Below, piece by piece: positions 36,058 to 36,582 of a stretch of 36,582 nt of DNA. Position numbers and translations under genes: made by a program. Source of the DNA: a virus (Duplodnaviria; Caudoviricetes); IMG/VR virus record IMGVR_UViG_3300005077_000058, positions 1 through 36,582 of that record; one strand, given 5' to 3'. The notes under the pieces were generated by a model that did not search any database, had not been told where the DNA came from, and saw only the letters and a program-made list of their open reading frames with translations. Within the stretch, counting starts at the first letter, position 1, and the number at the start of each line of letters is the position of its first letter.

Positions 36058-36582
36058 ATGGCAAATGCAGGATGGATATTAATTTATAAAAAAATCACAC
36101 AATGGGAATGGTGGGATGACATACCTACACGAAATTTATTTTTATATTTACTGATAACAGCTAACTACGAAACAACAATACATAGAGGCATAGAAATACA
36201 AAGAGGACAACTACTAACAGGGCGTAAACAACTCGCATTAAAGGCTGGTTTATCTGAGCAACAAGTCAAACGAGCACTTAAGAACCTACAAACAACCAAC
36301 GAAATAACCAACAAAACAACCAACAGATACTCGCTTATTACCGTCATAAACTACGACCTCTATCAAACAAAAGAACCAACAAAGAACCAACAAACACACC
36401 AACAAAAAACCGGAAAAGAACCACATATAAAAGAATATAAAGAAATAAAAGAAGAAAAGAAGGGGGAAGAATTCCACCTCCATGAAAATTTTGTCTCCTT
36501 ATCGGAAACTCAATATGAAAAATTAAAGGCCGCAATTCCGGCGGTGGATGAACTGATTGAAAACATGAACCTGTATTGCGCT
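36058..36582 (+). CDS. Phage replication initiator (N-terminal winged helix), runs off the window end
   Basis: Hand-translated: MANAGWILIYKKITQWEWWDD...LFLYLLITANY...RGQLLTGRKQLA...GLSEQQVKRAL..L...NEI...TTNRYSLITVINYDLYQ; no stop in 175 codons. Confidence 0.85.
   Translation, partial: MANAGWILIYKKITQWEWWDDIPTRNLFLYLLITANYETTIHRGIEIQRGQLLTGRKQLALKAGLSEQQVKRALKNLQTTNEITNKTTNRYSLITVINYDLYQTKEPTKNQQTHQQKTGKEPHIKEYKEIKEEKKGEEFHLHENFVSLSETQYEKLKAAIPAVDELIENMNLYCA
36294..36403 (+). repeat. Iteron-like repeats, probable replication origin inside the initiator gene
   Basis: AACCAAC at 36294, 36306, 36318 (12-bp period), 36374 and 36385, ACCAAC at 36398, followed by an A-rich tract. Confidence 0.6.

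Noticed and set aside
1-36582. Alternative genetic code (stop reassignment) or tRNA genes
   Set aside because: Conserved genes are full length in the standard code and end at TAA, TAG and TGA; no cloverleaf was seen by eye, though a tRNA scan was not run.

Overview
The window looks like a nearly complete ~36.6 kb tailed-phage genome with a P22-like podovirus layout, opened inside its replication-initiator gene (the ORF running off the right end appears to resume at base 1). The + strand early arm (35311-end, 1-7668) carries an RHH regulator, Zn-finger microproteins, a replication initiator with iteron-like repeats, a DnaB helicase, a Sak4-like ATPase, a PD-(D/E)XK exonuclease, SSB-like, NinB-like, lysozyme-like, RusA and ASCH proteins, and a truncated tyrosine recombinase. 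The - strand late arm (35029-14187, then 8717-7619) carries terminases, portal, scaffold, capsid, tail/LamG proteins, holin-like genes, ejection proteins and two papain-like peptidases. Inserted into the late arm, with its own promoter and terminator, is a + strand cassette (8818-13957) encoding a type IV-B-like CRISPR effector (Csf1/Cas8-like, Cas11-like, Csf2/Cas7, Csf3/Cas5). An IbrA/YbdN-type PAPS-reductase-family gene and an IbrB/YbdM-type ParB-like gene sit inside it; there is no array, Cas6, Cas1/2 or DinG. This is the main candidate for an undescribed system. Three structured non-coding RNA candidates (3890-3963, 7064-7306, 35172-35300) were found by eye, two of which share the same bulged helix. 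All family calls are from motif recognition, not database searches.
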